Positions 1 through 8,584 of a stretch of DNA of 64,000 nt are shown in pieces. The notes under the pieces were generated by a model that searched no databases, had not been told where the DNA came from, and saw only the letters and a list, made by a program, of their open reading frames with translations. Position 1 is the first letter of the stretch, and every line of letters begins with the position of its first letter. The stretch comes from a virus, in IMG/VR virus record IMGVR_UViG_3300030202_003006, positions 64,001 to 128,000 of that record. One strand, written 5' to 3'. The position numbers and the translations under genes were made by a program.

Positions 1-416
1 GGTCGATGAGAAAATTCCTTAAAATCTACTTTAATGTCTGGACTAGACCTAGGTACTATTTGATTTTTTGGTACCCAGAAAGAATTTAGGTTTTCCGAAT
101 CAATAACCTTACCCCAAACATGATAGGCTTTATCAGTCTCACTTAATAATTTTTCAATCCATATAGATTTAGGTGGTGATTGTAAAAATTTAGTGGTCAT
201 ATACTCTTTAGCTAGATAATCCTCAATCTCCATCCATAACCTAACTACTTTGGGTTTGTTATTATAATTTTTATTAATATACTCAGCTTGTGAACGTGTT
301 AAAGTAAAGGTTTTACTATTAAGCATATTATTTTTTAGGCCTATAATATAGTTATTGGCCCCACAATATTCACTAAGTGAATTTTTAGCTTTAATTTCCG
401 GTAAGAAATTTTCCAT
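1..416 (-). CDS. Partial CDS running off the left edge; probably the N-terminus of a SNF2/DEAD-like helicase
   Basis: Not in the ORF track. ATG at 416(-) reads MENFLPEIKAKNSLSEYCGANNYI...FWVPKNQ...VDFKEFSHRP with no stop before the edge. The helicase call rests only on recalled similar N-termini; no helicase motif lies inside the window. Confidence 0.55.
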   Translation of the reverse strand, partial: MENFLPEIKAKNSLSEYCGANNYIIGLKNNMLNSKTFTLTRSQAEYINKNYNNKPKVVRLWMEIEDYLAKEYMTTKFLQSPPKSIWIEKLLSETDKAYHVWGKVIDSENLNSFWVPKNQIVPRSSPDIKVDFKEFSHR

Positions 417-422
417 AGGTAT

Positions 423-451
423 AATATAATAAAAAGAGAAAAGAAAGACAA
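423..451 (-). promoter_or_regulatory. Sigma70-type promoter TTGTCT-N17-TATATT, probably leaderless
   Basis: On the - strand, -35 at 451..446 and -10 at 428..423; the ATG at 416 follows 6 nt later. Confidence 0.5.
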
Positions 452-455
452 ATTG

Positions 456-463
456 TATTTATA
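456..463 (+). promoter_or_regulatory. Putative late promoter TATTTATA
   Basis: Recurrent motif, 18 nt upstream of ATG 482. The context TGTATTTATAATAAAA is identical to that at 2374. Confidence 0.6.
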
Positions 464-481
464 ATAAAAGGACATATTAAT

Positions 482-997
482 ATGGCAAATAAAAAAATAC
501 CAATTACACGAATATCTAAGTTTTTCGGAGCGGAAGATTTTGATTTAGAACAGAATATTGGAATGGAGTGGTTACATGGTGACATGCACTTTACATTAGT
601 TTTATTTAGGGTAGATAGTAAATTGTCTGATGTTGATGATGTCTATGGTGAATCAGGACCCGAAGAAATTAGATTTAAGGTACCGGTTGAGTTTAATGCA
701 TATGTAAAAATAGACGAACCAAGGTTAGATAGTTATGCTACAGGATTGGTTAAAGACTTAGAACCGGGAAACATGACCTTAGGGGTTTACCTAAAACATT
801 TAGAAGAGTTAGATATAGATATTAATTACGGTGATTATATCGGTTATCCAGAAAAAGAAAATAAGATGAGGTACTATACAGTAACTAATGACGGTAGAGT
901 TACATCAGACAATAAACACACAATAGGTGGGTATAAGGCTTTTTACAGAACAATTACATGTTCTTATGTAAGTCCAAATGAATTTAAAGGAATATAA
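482..997 (+). CDS. Neck/head-closure protein (T4 gp14-like)
   Basis: 171 aa with a DDVYGE motif and GDYI beta-barrel signature; lies upstream of the tail terminator and sheath. Confidence 0.55.
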   Translation: MANKKIPITRISKFFGAEDFDLEQNIGMEWLHGDMHFTLVLFRVDSKLSDVDDVYGESGPEEIRFKVPVEFNAYVKIDEPRLDSYATGLVKDLEPGNMTLGVYLKHLEELDIDINYGDYIGYPEKENKMRYYTVTNDGRVTSDNKHTIGGYKAFYRTITCSYVSPNEFKGI

Positions 998-2094
998 TGT
1001 CATTACCAAAAAAAGTAAAAAAACATTTAAATATAGCACCTGGACCTATACAAGGACATTACCCAGATGGGTACGATGGCCGTACAACACCTAATAGGAG
1101 AAGAGAACTTGCTGATTTAATTAATGATGATGGTACATTTTTACCTAAGTCACTTTTACACGCAGATTTAGATAGGGGTATGTTAGATTTTGTACAGACA
1201 CAATTAAAGACCGTAACTAGTGGAAAGGCTATAAATGTTATAGATAGGATTTTAACTTTACAAAGATGGGCAGAATTTTCACAGACTTGGAAGTTTAGTA
1301 CTTCTGATAAAAATGTTAATTTACCATTTATAGTGGTGGTAAGAAAACCAGACGTACAGTACGGTAGTAACCCAGCTTTACAATATACTATACCAGATAG
1401 AAAACAATTCCATTATGCGAAAGTACCTACTTGGGATGGGAATAGAAAGGGATACGACATATACACAATACCACAACCAGTACCTGTAGACATAACTTAT
1501 GATGTCAAAATAATTTGTAATAGGATGAGAGAGTTAAATAACTTTAATAGAAAAACATTACAAACGTTCACATCTAGACAAGCTTATACATTTGTAAAGG
1601 GACACTACATTCCTATAGTACTAGAATCTATAGGGGATGAAAGTAAGATAGACACAGAAGACAGAAGATACTACCAACAAACATATCAACTCCAACTACA
1701 AGGATTTTTATTAGATGAAGAGGAGTTTGAGGTTAAGCCAGCTATTAGTAGGGAATTGGTTATGTTTGGTTTCGATAAAAAAAATAGAAAAAAAGAAAGA
1801 AAGAATTTAGATGTTCACAACCCAGATAAAGTAAGGACTAATGTAGATTTTCCACCTGGACAATCAAGCCAAACAATAATTTACGATTATAAAAATAATA
1901 TTAGAGTAAGGAGATTAAATAATATATCAAGTGTTCAGTTTGAAATAACAACCCTAGAAAATAATTACCCATTAACTAAAATAGTTACAGAAGAACCTTT
2001 TTTAATAAACAGTGGTGACACGTTAAAAATAACAGTAGTAAAAAATAACCCAGGAGCAGCAAGATTAATTTTAGATGAAAAGTTAGTTAGATAA
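997..2094 (+). CDS. Tail terminator / sheath stabiliser (T4 gp15-like)
   Basis: 365 aa with LPFI and PQPVPVDITYDVKI motifs; TAATG stop/start coupling with the upstream gene; precedes the sheath. Confidence 0.6.
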   Translation: MSLPKKVKKHLNIAPGPIQGHYPDGYDGRTTPNRRRELADLINDDGTFLPKSLLHADLDRGMLDFVQTQLKTVTSGKAINVIDRILTLQRWAEFSQTWKFSTSDKNVNLPFIVVVRKPDVQYGSNPALQYTIPDRKQFHYAKVPTWDGNRKGYDIYTIPQPVPVDITYDVKIICNRMRELNNFNRKTLQTFTSRQAYTFVKGHYIPIVLESIGDESKIDTEDRRYYQQTYQLQLQGFLLDEEEFEVKPAISRELVMFGFDKKNRKKERKNLDVHNPDKVRTNVDFPPGQSSQTIIYDYKNNIRVRRLNNISSVQFEITTLENNYPLTKIVTEEPFLINSGDTLKITVVKNNPGAARLILDEKLVR

Positions 2095-2096
2095 CG

Positions 2097-2264
2097 TTAT
2101 TCCCCATATATATCTTTTTTCACCTTACATTTTTCAACAATTAATTTTTCTATAAAAGCAAACATTTTTAATCCGTTTTTATTACAATACTCTTTAAGGA
2201 TAGAATGAGATTCTTCACTTATCTTTAAATTTTTAATTTTTCTTTTTTTACTTTCTGAAGACAT
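2097..2264 (-). CDS. Small ribbon-helix-helix-like DNA-binding protein (55 aa)
   Basis: MSSESKKRKIKNLKISEESHSILKEYCNKNGLKMFAFIEKLIVEKC: strand KNLKIS, helix, G turn, helix. Start moved to ATG 2264, 17 nt downstream of TATTTATT on the - strand. Confidence 0.6.
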   Translation of the reverse strand: MSSESKKRKIKNLKISEESHSILKEYCNKNGLKMFAFIEKLIVEKCKVKKDIYGE

Positions 2265-2281
2265 ATGGGGGGTATTTTTAT

Positions 2282-2289
2282 AATAAATA
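2282..2289 (-). promoter_or_regulatory. Putative late promoter TATTTATT for the RHH gene
   Basis: Motif on the - strand, oriented with the gene. Confidence 0.5.
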
Positions 2290-2296
2290 AGATAAT

Positions 2297-2325
2297 GTAT
2301 GAAAAAAGTATGAAAAATTACATAC
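2297..2325. promoter_or_regulatory. Candidate operator: GTATG direct repeats plus inverted CATAC
   Basis: GTATG at 2297 and 2308 (11 bp apart) and CATAC at 2321, between the divergent RHH and sheath promoters. Confidence 0.45.
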
Positions 2326-2375
2326 AAAGTAGTGAATAACCTATTTTACTACGTAACTTTTCGGTTTAGGGCATG

Positions 2376-2383
2376 TATTTATA
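2376..2383 (+). promoter_or_regulatory. Putative late promoter TATTTATA (sheath)
   Basis: 38 nt upstream of ATG 2422. Confidence 0.6.
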
Positions 2384-2421
2384 ATAAAACTATTAATAAA
2401 ATATTTTAAAAATTATAAAAA

Positions 2422-5400
2422 ATGGCAGACGGTAATAAGGTATTTGTTTCTCCAGGGGTATATACTTCGGAAAAAGATTTAACATTTGTAGCACAGAGTG
2501 TTGGTGTTACAACATTAGGTTTGGTTGGTGAGGCCTTAAAAGGTCCCGCTTTTGAACCTATTTTTATACAATCATATGATGATTTCATAACAAGATTTGG
2601 TGGTACTTCCCCAGCAACATATGTGGATTCACAGATTCCACAATATGAATTAGGGTATATTGCAAAGTCTTATCTAAGTCAATCAAACCAACTATTTGTT
2701 ACCAGAGTATTAGGTATAAGTGGTTATGACGCGGGTCCTTCTTGGACGGTAACTACAATAGGTGAATTAGACCCTTGTAGTTTTTCAGGTGCAAGTACAG
2801 GTATTACTAGTGCAAGTACAGGAAACGTAACTAACGGTACAAGAATAAAGTTCTATGTACCAATGACAGGTTCAAACGTATCACTAACAAGTGTTAGTAA
2901 TGCTTTTACAGATGTACAATTAGTAACAAACTTCTTTGACTCACTACCGGTACCTATTAAACAACACTTTAATGATGAAACCGTAACAAAATGTAATGGA
3001 GACACACTACCAACACTTAATAGTTCGTTTATGGATTGGTTTAGAGCTAGTTTCCAATATAGTGCGGGGACTGGTGCAGATACACAAGCTTTCTCAGCAG
3101 CAGCTTTCTATAACGGTTCCATATATCAATACGGATGTCTACCATTGGCTAACACATACGCTGCCACCGCTACAACCAATACGACATTATCAGCTACGGG
3201 TACAACAGTAATTACAAACGTATTAGATACGGATTGTACTACAGCTCTTGGGTGTCAAAGTACATATTGTAACGATGCTTGGTATTACGCATTATTTGAC
3301 TATTCGGGTGACACAACATGTTGTAGTGGAACATCCTATAGTGGAGTAGCTTACCAAATATATGCAAGTGCTACCACATCAGTTCAAAAAGTATCCACTG
3401 GAACTACAATATTTACAGGAAATACCTACATAAATGGTGTGTTAACTACAGCTTGTACAGTTTATTCAGGTCATGTAGTGGTCGATTATGTAGAATATAA
3501 TGGGGCTAAACCATACGTAGATTATGATGGTATGGCAGTCCTTACATTTAGGTCTAGAGGATTAAGTTCTAAATCTTCTGGTGGACCAGTATATGAAATA
3601 AGTGGTAATACGGTAGGAAATGTTACATTTGATTGTTCAGGAAATTACTACAAAGTATTAGAAAATCCTTTGGCACCATTTGGTGTTAGTGCACTTACAG
3701 ATGCTGGGGTATCATATACGTTTAAAACTTCGTTAGATAGTACAGCTAAAGATTACGCACCTAGAGTATTTGGTATAACACCATTCGATAAGAAAACTCA
3801 AGATGTTCCAATTTTTGTTGAGGAGGCATATCCAAACCTACTAAAAGACGCTTATAGAAGAGGTAAGGTTAGAGGGTTACAATGTTGTATGGTACATTTA
3901 CCAGCAGCAAGATTCAATAACGCTAACTTAGATTCTATAGCTTGGTACATGAATCAATGGCAAACACCTGAAACACCATACGTTGTTTCGGAAATGCAGG
4001 GTACAGACATATTTAGATTATTTAAGTTCATCTCAATATCTGACGGTAACGCAGCTAACAGAGAAATTAAAATATCATTAATTAATTTATCTTTTGAAAG
4101 AGGGGAGTTTGACGTAATTGTAAGAGATTACTACGATACTGATGCGAGTCCACAAGTATTAGAAAAATATACTAGATGTAGTTTAGACCCAACTAAGGTT
4201 TCATTTATTGGTAGAAAAATAGGAACTTCTACTGGTGAGTTTGAATTAAAGTCTAAATATATAATGTTATTCTTAGCAGATGGTGTTTTAGATGGTACAT
4301 TTGTTGGTTCACTACCTTGTGGTTTCGAAGGTTATAGAGTTAGACAATATGGAAATTGTTCAATAAATCCATTTATACAATATAAAACTAAATATTACAA
4401 CCCAGGTGAGATTGTATACGACCCACCTTTCGGTTCTGGTACTGTAAATAACCAAGTTAGAAGTGGTGGTGATAAAATATCAAAAACTTATTTAGGTATA
4501 TCAGATACATTAGGAGCAGCTTACGATACTGATTTCTTTAACTTTAAAGGTAGAATCACACCTTCTAGTGTTTGTAATACTACTACTGGTACAGAATGGG
4601 GTGTAATAACACAAGGTTTCCATATGGATTCAGGAGCTACAATTGCTATAGGTGGTCAAGGAAACTATATAGATTTAGCTGGTACTAATATAGCGGGTAA
4701 ACAAGTATTTGCGGTTGGAGCAACTTCATTTAGAAAAGAACCAACTTTAAGTACTGACCCATATAAAAAACTAAGAGCTCGTAAATTTACTGTAGCACCA
4801 TACGGTGGTTTTGATGGATGGGATATATACAGAAAAACAAGGTCAAATACAGACGATTATAGATTGGGTCTAACAGGTTGGTTAAATGGGGCGTGTGTTA
4901 CAGCAGAATACCCAACAGCTAGTGGGTTAGGGTCATTTAAGAAATTAAGTTCTACTGAAGGTAATAGTGACTATTACGCGTACCTAAGAGGAATTAACGA
5001 ATTCTCTAATCCAGAAGCTGTAGATATTAATGTATTTGCGACACCGGGTATAGATTATGTGGATAATTTAGGTTTGGTAAATGAAGCGATAGACATGGTA
5101 GAAGATGATAGAGCGGATTCACTATATGTTACAACAACACCAGATTATAACATGTTCGTAACTAACACAACAGATACAACAAATCAAGTTACACCGGAAG
5201 AAGCTGTAGATAATTTAGAAGACTCTTTAATCGACTCAAATTATACGGCTACGTATTATCCTTGGATACAAGTAAGGGATACGGCTAATAATAAACAAAT
5301 ATACATTCCACCTACTGCGGAAGTTATGAGAAATATAGCATTAACAGATAATATTTCATTCCCATGGTTTGCGTCAGCAGGTTATACTAGAGGTATAGTA

Positions 5401-5856
5401 CAAGCTACAAAAGCAAGAAAGAAACTTACTTTAGATGAAAGAGACACATTATATGTAGGTAGATTAAATCCAATAGCTACATTTAGTGATACGGGTCCAA
5501 TTATTTGGGGTAATAAAACACTACAAGTTAGAGAGTCAGCTTTAGATAGAATTAATGTTAGAAGATTACTACTACAAACTAGAAAATTAATATCAGCTGT
5601 TTCAGTAAGATTAATCTTTGAACAAAATGATGAAATAGTTAGACAACAATTCTTAGACTTAGTTAATCCAATATTAGATTCTATTAGAAGAGACAGAGGA
5701 TTAACAGACTTTAGAGTAGTACTTTCTAACGACCCAGAAGAAATAGATAGAAATGAAATGAACGGTAAAATATATATAAAACCTACTAGAGCGTTAGAAT
5801 ATATATTTGTAGAGTTCTTAATAACACCTACTGGGGCATCTTTTGAGGATATATAA
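2422..5856 (+). CDS. gp18: Tail sheath protein (T4 gp18-like) with a large insertion domain
   Basis: N-terminal SPGVYTSEKD and KGPAFEP; C-terminal PWFASAGYTRG, WGNKTLQ, RINVRRLL and IKPTRALEYIFVEF are sheath hallmarks. Confidence 0.95.
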   Translation: MADGNKVFVSPGVYTSEKDLTFVAQSVGVTTLGLVGEALKGPAFEPIFIQSYDDFITRFGGTSPATYVDSQIPQYELGYIAKSYLSQSNQLFVTRVLGISGYDAGPSWTVTTIGELDPCSFSGASTGITSASTGNVTNGTRIKFYVPMTGSNVSLTSVSNAFTDVQLVTNFFDSLPVPIKQHFNDETVTKCNGDTLPTLNSSFMDWFRASFQYSAGTGADTQAFSAAAFYNGSIYQYGCLPLANTYAATATTNTTLSATGTTVITNVLDTDCTTALGCQSTYCNDAWYYALFDYSGDTTCCSGTSYSGVAYQIYASATTSVQKVSTGTTIFTGNTYINGVLTTACTVYSGHVVVDYVEYNGAKPYVDYDGMAVLTFRSRGLSSKSSGGPVYEISGNTVGNVTFDCSGNYYKVLENPLAPFGVSALTDAGVSYTFKTSLDSTAKDYAPRVFGITPFDKKTQDVPIFVEEAYPNLLKDAYRRGKVRGLQCCMVHLPAARFNNANLDSIAWYMNQWQTPETPYVVSEMQGTDIFRLFKFISISDGNAANREIKISLINLSFERGEFDVIVRDYYDTDASPQVLEKYTRCSLDPTKVSFIGRKIGTSTGEFELKSKYIMLFLADGVLDGTFVGSLPCGFEGYRVRQYGNCSINPFIQYKTKYYNPGEIVYDPPFGSGTVNNQVRSGGDKISKTYLGISDTLGAAYDTDFFNFKGRITPSSVCNTTTGTEWGVITQGFHMDSGATIAIGGQGNYIDLAGTNIAGKQVFAVGATSFRKEPTLSTDPYKKLRARKFTVAPYGGFDGWDIYRKTRSNTDDYRLGLTGWLNGACVTAEYPTASGLGSFKKLSSTEGNSDYYAYLRGINEFSNPEAVDINVFATPGIDYVDNLGLVNEAIDMVEDDRADSLYVTTTPDYNMFVTNTTDTTNQVTPEEAVDNLEDSLIDSNYTATYYPWIQVRDTANNKQIYIPPTAEVMRNIALTDNISFPWFASAGYTRGIVQATKARKKLTLDERDTLYVGRLNPIATFSDTGPIIWGNKTLQVRESALDRINVRRLLLQTRKLISAVSVRLIFEQNDEIVRQQFLDLVNPILDSIRRDRGLTDFRVVLSNDPEEIDRNEMNGKIYIKPTRALEYIFVEFLITPTGASFEDI

Positions 5857-5864
5857 TATTTATA
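5857..5864 (+). promoter_or_regulatory. Putative late promoter TATTTATA
   Basis: Immediately after the sheath stop, 16 nt before ATG 5881. Confidence 0.55.
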
Positions 5865-5880
5865 AATTAAGTAATAGAAT

Positions 5881-6717
5881 ATGAAATTTAATAAAAAAAC
5901 ATTGTCAGAAAGTTTAAACCGACCTTTATCGGGCAAAAAAGTATTCACTGAGGGTAAAATACAAAATGTTTTACTAAGTGAAGAACAATTAGATAGGTTA
6001 ATTTTAACCCTAAATAAATCTAAAAATACCGCAATAAATAAGATAGTTTTTGAATCTTATGATTTAATAAGAAAAAGTATTGTTAGTGAAGGTTTAGAGT
6101 TAAATATAGATAATTATTCCGATACTATAATGGAACAAGGTCAGTATGATAGAAATCCTGGAGTTGCGGCAGGTGAAGGACTAGAGAACGTAATAAAAGG
6201 AATTCAAAAAGCCTACGAAATGATTAAAGATAGTGATACAAGAAAAAAACTTGCTAACTCTATCACTAAATTAGGTAATTTTATGACTATTACAGCTGAT
6301 GCAATTGCTTCGGGGAGAGACCAAAGAGCGATGTCTAATCCAGATTCTTTAAGAGACCCACTTCCTTATCCAGAATTAGATGAAGGTCACGATAAAGAAA
6401 TGGAAGAAGGTAAGAAAAAAGACCATGATGGTGATGGTGATATAGATTCTGACGATTATTTAGCTGCTAGAGATAAAGCAATCAAAAAAGCCATGAAAGA
6501 AGATAGTGAAGGTGAAGAAACATATAATTATGCTGATAATGAGGGTGAGGATAGAAAACACATTGAAGCCTTAAAAAAGGATATGGCGTATGATGAAAAA
6601 CATGAATACAGAGATGAAAAAGGAACTCACTTTGAATCCGAAGAAGAAAAAGAAAGACTAATCCAAGAGGATATTAAAAAGATGAAACAAATAATAAAAC
6701 CAATTTCAAAAATTTAA
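5881..6717 (+). CDS. Acidic hypothetical protein, probable head-internal protein, with an EF-hand-like DHDGDGDIDSDD loop
   Basis: 278 aa with LSEEQLDRLI and LIQEDIKKMKQII motifs; DxDxDG loop at 6421-6456. Confidence 0.5.
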   Translation: MKFNKKTLSESLNRPLSGKKVFTEGKIQNVLLSEEQLDRLILTLNKSKNTAINKIVFESYDLIRKSIVSEGLELNIDNYSDTIMEQGQYDRNPGVAAGEGLENVIKGIQKAYEMIKDSDTRKKLANSITKLGNFMTITADAIASGRDQRAMSNPDSLRDPLPYPELDEGHDKEMEEGKKKDHDGDGDIDSDDYLAARDKAIKKAMKEDSEGEETYNYADNEGEDRKHIEALKKDMAYDEKHEYRDEKGTHFESEEEKERLIQEDIKKMKQIIKPISKI

Positions 6718-6721
6718 TAAA

Positions 6722-7060
6722 ATGAAAAAAGTAAAAAAAATACAACTAAAAGAATCAGAATTAATAGATTTGATAGAAAAATTAGTTAAGGAAAACTTAG
6801 GTAATGGTAATGGTCAAAATCTAGGAATGATGAATACTCCAACAGCAAAATATAAAGACCTTGTGGAAGACGAGGACGTTGAGGGTATCGATGAACTGGA
6901 AGAAGAAGAGTTAGATGATGAAGGAGGTGATATGGTTGACCCAAAAACTGGTGAAGTGGTAAAAACAGAAAGTAGAAAAATACCAAAAAAGACTTTAAAA
7001 TTAACTGAAAGTGATTTAATTAGAGTTATTAAAAACGTTGTTAAGGAACAAAATAAATAA
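6722..7060 (+). CDS. Hypothetical protein with two KKxxLxESxLxxxIxxxVKE motifs
   Basis: 112 aa; KKIQLKESELIDLIEKLVKE and KKTLKLTESDLIRVIKNVVKE flank an acidic linker. Confidence 0.7.
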   Translation: MKKVKKIQLKESELIDLIEKLVKENLGNGNGQNLGMMNTPTAKYKDLVEDEDVEGIDELEEEELDDEGGDMVDPKTGEVVKTESRKIPKKTLKLTESDLIRVIKNVVKEQNK

Positions 7061-7077
7061 AACTAAAAATTAATATT

Positions 7078-7143
7078 ATGAAATGCGATTGCCAAGTTTG
7101 TGAATGTGGTACAAAATGTGAGTGTAGTTGTTGTGATTGTTAA
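7078..7143 (+). CDS. Metallothionein-like micro-protein MKCDCQVCECGTKCECSCCDC
   Basis: Below the ORF-track cutoff. ATG at 7078, TAA at 7141-7143; 9 Cys in 21 aa in CxC/CC spacing; A-rich leader; terminator directly downstream. Confidence 0.75.
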   Translation: MKCDCQVCECGTKCECSCCDC

Positions 7144-7163
7144 TATACTTAATTAATAAAAAT

Positions 7164-7188
7164 AAAAGGTCCAAAAGGACCTTTTTTT
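7164..7188. terminator. Bidirectional intrinsic terminator
   Basis: AAAAGGTCC-AAAA-GGACCTTTTTTT between convergent genes. Confidence 0.85.
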
Positions 7189-7423
7189 ATTCAACTAATT
7201 TACCCCCATTTAGTAAAATCAAAATTAAAATCATAGGTGATAATATAGGAGCTTTAATCATATGAGTTACTATGTAAAATACATACCACCCACTACTAGG
7301 ATTATCTCCACGACTCTTTTCGAATTTTAAGTACCCACGTTCGATACTTTTTTCATTTATAATTAAAAATATAAACATTAATATCTGTGAGATTATAAGG
7401 TATGTTAATAGTATTTCAGTCAT
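7187..7423 (-). CDS. Small membrane protein with two TM helices
   Basis: 78 aa with two hydrophobic stretches. Confidence 0.65.
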   Translation of the reverse strand: MTEILLTYLIISQILMFIFLIINEKSIERGYLKFEKSRGDNPSSGWYVFYIVTHMIKAPILSPMILILILLNGGKLVE

Positions 7424-7462
7424 AATTTTATTTTTTTTTTTGGTTAAACTCCTATATTAATA

Positions 7463-7492
7463 TATACGGATTTGTTTTAATTTAGTTACGTA
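7463..7492 (-). promoter_or_regulatory. ECF-sigma-like promoter GTAAC-N16-CGTATA
   Basis: On the - strand upstream of ATG 7423; matches the AAC/CGT pattern of ECF promoters. Confidence 0.35.
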
Positions 7493-7495
7493 TTT

Positions 7496-7945
7496 TTACT
7501 CTTTAAATCCCATAAAACCCGTAAATTCTTTTTCTCTACCAGTTTCAGTTAGATAAGAACCCTCAAGAGCAAAAACTAATAAATCATTTTGAACATATAA
7601 AAACCCAACTCTATTTGAGAAGTAGTCAGTAAAGGCGTAAGTCACACACCCATCTTCTAAGTAATTGATATTAGTTATTGTTAAGTAAAGATTTACAGTA
7701 TCTGGTGTAGTAAGTGACGAATACATAATTTGGGTAAAATCCAATGTAAGATTAACCGTATCCAAATCTAATTTAGTGGTGTTAGGACCATAGTTACCCA
7801 AAACAGTCAATTTTCCAAAGTCGTCGTTATTAAAATCTTGTGATAAGTTTTCCCCATTAATGACGGATAAATTTTCCGAAATATTAATAGTTTGAGCAAA
7901 AGTAAATAATGGTAATAAAAATAGTATTGTGATTAATTTTTTCAT
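7496..7945 (-). CDS. Secreted protein with a Sec signal peptide
   Basis: MKKLITILFLLPLFTFA|Q; Gln at +1 is typical of Bacteroidota SPase I substrates. Confidence 0.7.
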   Translation of the reverse strand: MKKLITILFLLPLFTFAQTINISENLSVINGENLSQDFNNDDFGKLTVLGNYGPNTTKLDLDTVNLTLDFTQIMYSSLTTPDTVNLYLTITNINYLEDGCVTYAFTDYFSNRVGFLYVQNDLLVFALEGSYLTETGREKEFTGFMGFKE

Positions 7946-7949
7946 GTTT

Positions 7950-8528
7950 TTAGTTTATTAATTTTTTAAAAAATAGTTTATTGTAGTATCTACAATTATA
8001 CCCATCTATGTTTTCGTAACTTTCTTGTACATAAAAATAAAGAGTATTATTTTGTAGACTGATTATTTCATATTGGATAGGGCGACTAGAACCACCCAAC
8101 TGTAGTGTAGTGCCTACCAAAGATTCTGTTACACTTAAATTATTGGACGTAACATTAAGACCGTAAGGTTGTAGACTGTCATAGTCTAGTATAAAACTAC
8201 CCATACCAGGTATATTATCTGGGATATCAAAAGACCAAGTAGTCGTGTAACGAGTTATTTCTTCAAACTCATACTGAGACCCCCCATACCTTAAACTACT
8301 AGTATTACCAGCATCAAAGTGGTGAAATTCTTCAGTATAATCTAATTCTAGATTTTCTATTATCATTTTTCCACCCATTAATAACCACTCACCTTCTAGT
8401 AAATTATCTTCCACATAAGATACTGGTGGTGGGTTAGTTGGTGGGGTTGGGTTACACTCTATTAGTGGATAGTTCTTTTCACAAGAGTATAGAGATAATA
8501 TAATTAATAGTTTTATAATTTTTTTCAT
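7950..8528 (-). CDS. Lipoprotein, lipocalin-like
   Basis: MKKIIKLLIILSLYS|C lipobox, Pro-rich linker and LEGEWLL (GxW) motif. Confidence 0.7.
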   Translation of the reverse strand: MKKIIKLLIILSLYSCEKNYPLIECNPTPPTNPPPVSYVEDNLLEGEWLLMGGKMIIENLELDYTEEFHHFDAGNTSSLRYGGSQYEFEEITRYTTTWSFDIPDNIPGMGSFILDYDSLQPYGLNVTSNNLSVTESLVGTTLQLGGSSRPIQYEIISLQNNTLYFYVQESYENIDGYNCRYYNKLFFKKLIN

Positions 8529-8532
8529 ACTA

Positions 8533-8564
8533 CAAAGATAATAAATAAAATCGATTAAACCAAA
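8533..8564 (-). promoter_or_regulatory. Bacteroidota primary-sigma promoter TTTG-N20-TATCTTTG
   Basis: On the - strand: TTTG at 8564..8561, 20-nt spacer, TATCTTTG at 8540..8533, ATG 4 nt later. It overlaps a TATTTATT at 8547..8540. Confidence 0.6.
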
Positions 8565-8572
8565 TTAATTTG

Positions 8573-8580
8573 TATTTATA
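8573..8580 (+). promoter_or_regulatory. Putative late promoter TATTTATA
   Basis: 4 nt before ATG 8585. Confidence 0.5.
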
Positions 8581-8584
8581 TTAT

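Noticed and set aside
391-585. 64-aa - strand ORF in the track
   Set aside because: It overlaps both the 482 gene and the better-supported - strand gene starting at 416 in another frame.
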